From the NCBI GenBank assembly GCA_038042445.1, contig JBBTED010000001.1, forward strand, positions 1 to 40,934: a stretch of 40,934 bases of DNA. The letters are read 5' to 3'. Source of the stretch: Candidatus Firestoneibacteriota bacterium (GTDB lineage: Bacteria > Oederibacteriota > D2-FULL-39-29 > JBBTED01). The first letter of the stretch is position 1. Each line of letters begins with the position of its first letter. This document shows positions 38,578-40,934 of the stretch, in pieces. A program made the translations under genes and the position numbers. The notes under the pieces were generated by a model, which did no database searches, was not told the origin of the DNA, and saw only the letters and a program-made list of their open reading frames with translations.

Positions 38578-39930
38578 TTATGTAATATTAGGTAAATCTT
38601 TTAATGCTTCTTTTATTTTTTCTTCTGGATAAGCGAAATCTTCCAACTTGTTATTCAAATATGCATCATACGCTGCTAAATCAAAATGTCCATGACCACT
38701 AAATCCTATAACTATACATTTTTCTTCTTTTGTTTCCTTGCATTTCAATGCTTCATCAATAGCACATTTAATTGCATGCGCAGTTTCAGGCGCAGGCAAA
38801 ATACCTTCTGTGCGCGCAAATAATACTGCTGCCTCAAATACAGGAATTTGCGGATACGCTACTGATTCAATTATTCCTTTATTCGCCAGCAAGCACAATA
38901 ACGGAGCATCTCCGTGATACCGTAAACCACCGGCATGAATACCTGATGGAACAAAACTATGCCCCAAAGTATACATCTTAACAAGCGGTGTCATTTTTGC
39001 AGCATCACCATAGTCATATCTATATGGCCCTTTAGTAAGTGTAGGACAAGCAGTAGGCTCCACTGCAATAAACCGTATATTTTTTCCTTTCAATTTATCT
39101 GAAACAAATGGGAAAGTAATGCCTGAAAAATTACTTCCTCCACCAACACACCCAATAATAATATCAGGTTTCTCTTGTGCTATTTCTAATTGTTTTTTTA
39201 ACTCAAGACCAATTACTGTCTGATGTAAAAGCACATGATTCAACACACTACCAAGTGAATATTTTGCATCATTATGAGTAGCAGCATCTTCCACTGCTTC
39301 AGATATGGCCATACCAAGTGAACCCATTGAACTTGGATCTTTTTTTAACATTTCTCTCCCCGCATTGGTTAAATTAGTTGGGGATGGATAAACTTTTGCC
39401 CCCCAAGTCTGCATTAAAATTTTTCTGTATGGTTTTTGCTCAAAAGAAATTTTCACCATATAAACTGTACATTCCAAACCAAATAAATTACAGGCAAAAG
39501 CTATTGCGCTACCCCATTGACCAGCCCCTGTTTCTGTAGTCAATCTTTTCACACCTTCTTTTTTATTATAGTAAGCCTGTGCCACAGCAGTATTCGGCTT
39601 ATGACTTCCAGCAGGTGAAACACTTTCATTTTTGTAATAAATTCGCGCAGGAGTTTTTAATTCCTTTTCTAAGTTAAATGCACGATATAATGGAGTTGGC
39701 CTCCATAGTTTATAGATTCTTAATATATCGTCTGGTATATCTATCCAACGCTCACGACTCACTTCCTGTTTTATAAGTTCCATCGGAAATATTGGCGCTA
39801 AATCCTGCGGACCAATTGGAGTCCCATCAGGCTTAAGAGTCGGAGGCAATGGTTCAGGCAAATCAGCCTGAATATTATACCACTGCTGTGGAATTTCTTT
39901 TTCACTCAACACAATTTTTGTATCATTCAT
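38578..39930 (-). CDS. trpB: Tryptophan synthase beta chain, type 2 (TrpB2)
   Basis: [25 protein letters not shown] (PLP lysine), [38 protein letters not shown]. Confidence 0.96.
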   Translation of the reverse strand: MNDTKIVLSEKEIPQQWYNIQADLPEPLPPTLKPDGTPIGPQDLAPIFPMELIKQEVSRERWIDIPDDILRIYKLWRPTPLYRAFNLEKELKTPARIYYKNESVSPAGSHKPNTAVAQAYYNKKEGVKRLTTETGAGQWGSAIAFACNLFGLECTVYMVKISFEQKPYRKILMQTWGAKVYPSPTNLTNAGREMLKKDPSSMGSLGMAISEAVEDAATHNDAKYSLGSVLNHVLLHQTVIGLELKKQLEIAQEKPDIIIGCVGGGSNFSGITFPFVSDKLKGKNIRFIAVEPTACPTLTKGPYRYDYGDAAKMTPLVKMYTLGHSFVPSGIHAGGLRYHGDAPLLCLLANKGIIESVAYPQIPVFEAAVLFARTEGILPAPETAHAIKCAIDEALKCKETKEEKCIVIGFSGHGHFDLAAYDAYLNNKLEDFAYPEEKIKEALKDLPNIT

Positions 39931-39999
39931 TTTTCTTCACCTCTCTCAATTCAAAATATTCAAAAAGAAACATCTTATTATCAATTATAGATTTATACA

Positions 40000-40028
40000 A
40001 TGATAATTTATAAAAACCCTATCGTCAA
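40000..40028 (-). promoter_or_regulatory. Putative sigma70 promoter for trpB2-rpsB-tsf
   Basis: TTGACG (40028-40023), 17-bp spacer, TATCAT (40005-40000). SD GAGGTG before ATG 39930. Confidence 0.6.
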
Positions 40029-40155
40029 GTAAAAAAGTACCAATAATTTGTGTTTTTGGGATTTTTTGTTAGACTAAGGCAGTAGATTCAAACTACCATC
40101 CATATTTATATCCGTTGATTCTAATGTTCCCCTGCATTTATAACAAAAGAATTTT

Positions 40156-40263
40156 TTATATTTCTTCCAACAAAACAAAATATTCTTCTCTTGTTATTCC
40201 AGCAGTTCTCAAATTATTTTTGATTATAAAAACAGGCACATCTGAACAATAATGTATTGACAT
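40156..40263 (-). pseudogene. 5'-truncated HicA-family toxin remnant
   Basis: 35-codon frame MSIHYCSDVPVFIIKNNLRTAGITREEYFVLLEEI resembles the C-terminal helices of HicA-type proteins. The N-terminal half (GSH motif) is absent. Confidence 0.6.
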
Positions 40264-40264
40264 A

Positions 40265-40407
40265 TTAGCTAATTTTAAATCGTTTTTAGCTAATTAGATT
40301 CTTTAAGGATTCATATATATTATATATATAATATGCTATAACACATTTTATAACTTTAATCGTTTTTAGCTAATTTTAATCGTTTTTAGCTAATTAGATT
40401 CTTTAAG
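40265..40407. repeat. Direct repeats duplicating the 3' end of the adjacent gene
   Basis: AATCGTTTTTAGCTAATTAGATTCTTTAAG exact at 40278-40307 and 40378-40407. The 18-bp core also occurs at 40358-40375. Confidence 0.92.
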
Positions 40408-40934
40408 TATCCAATACCCTGCTCTTTTTGTGCCAATATGGACAACTTTCCCTGTTTTTTTCAGTTCTTGCAGTAAATTTTTTATATTCTTTTGCTCCAT
40501 ATCTTGTAAAACATCCTTAAAATCTTTCATAAATCCTTTCGAGTTTTTCTTTAAATGATTAAGAATCAATTCTTTACTTTGGTCCCTTGATAAACCTTTA
40601 AACCTAGTATACACACCTGTTTTATCCTTATGAGCATAATATTGATGAGAAAGAATATATTTAGCTCCACGTGTTCTGCCTATCTGTTCAATAATTCCAA
40701 GGTCAATAAATTTCTTTTTGAATTCTGTGTTTGTAACTATCCGATGCTCGCGAATTTTCTCTAATTCATATATTTCTTCAAACGAAAGCAATATTTGTTT
40801 ATGACGTGTAATTTTCTCAATAAAAAGTACAAATTCTTTATCTTTAACTTGTGAAGGAATACTTAATTGCACAGAAAATACATCACTCTTTGACAAATCA
40901 GGCAATCCTTTTCCCTCTTTAATTGTATTTCCAA
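40390..40934 (-). CDS. Partial gene: C-terminus of an AlbA_2/RecG-C-type ATP-binding protein with tandem winged helices
   Basis: Frame is open to the window edge (ENTIKEGKGLPDLS...). LGIIEQIGRTRGAKYIL and LLQELKK.GKV..IGTKRAGYW are wHTH-like ends. Confidence 0.65.
   Translation of the reverse strand, partial: GNTIKEGKGLPDLSKSDVFSVQLSIPSQVKDKEFVLFIEKITRHKQILLSFEEIYELEKIREHRIVTNTEFKKKFIDLGIIEQIGRTRGAKYILSHQYYAHKDKTGVYTRFKGLSRDQSKELILNHLKKNSKGFMKDFKDVLQDMEQKNIKNLLQELKKTGKVVHIGTKRAGYWILKESN

Noticed and set aside
42..38981. Many 60-102 aa ORFs overlapping the long genes
   Set aside because: All are nested in or antisense to well-supported CDSs and lack independent motifs.
40078..40102. GTAG-ATTCAAA-CTAC...CCA, resembling a tRNA T-arm or att remnant
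   Set aside because: Only a 4-bp stem, no GGTTC consensus and no acceptor stem.
40265..40407. Possible mini CRISPR array
   Set aside because: Only 2-3 units, irregular spacing, overlap with a gene end, and no cas genes.

Overview
AT-rich bacterial chromosomal window with about 31 genes, all on the minus strand except one. There are three blocks. (1) 58-20623 is a sugar and sulfated-glycan catabolic region. In transcription order it holds a DeoR regulator behind a perfect sigma70 promoter, a cyclase-family hydrolase, TPP E1 alpha/beta without E2/E3, a BNR-propeller remnant, an L-fucose-isomerase-like enzyme and a ROK protein. A 10.3-kb block bracketed by a 27-bp inverted repeat follows (AraC, second FucI-like isomerase, split transketolase, 2-hydroxyacid dehydrogenase, FGGY kinase, SDR, class II aldolase, Ser-type sulfatase), then a GH2 and a Cys-type sulfatase. 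(2) 20769-31846 holds an LhgO-like oxidase and a probable surface-glycan modification locus: two B12 radical SAM enzymes, a radical SAM/SPASM protein, a miniature TPP E1 alpha/beta pair, GT9, GT2, a GT-C-like membrane protein and a flippase. (3) 31918-40934 holds a FAD oxidoreductase, BatA-vWA/DUF58/DUF4159 without MoxR, tsf, rpsB, trpB2, a truncated hicA remnant next to direct repeats, and a partial gene at the window edge. The best candidates for undescribed biology are the radical SAM + mini-TPP + glycosyltransferase locus, the twin-isomerase sugar pathway in its IR-bounded cassette, and GC-rich palindromic repeats translated in frame inside two proteins. No rRNA, tRNA, CRISPR array or intact transposase was seen. 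All calls are motif-based; no database search was run.
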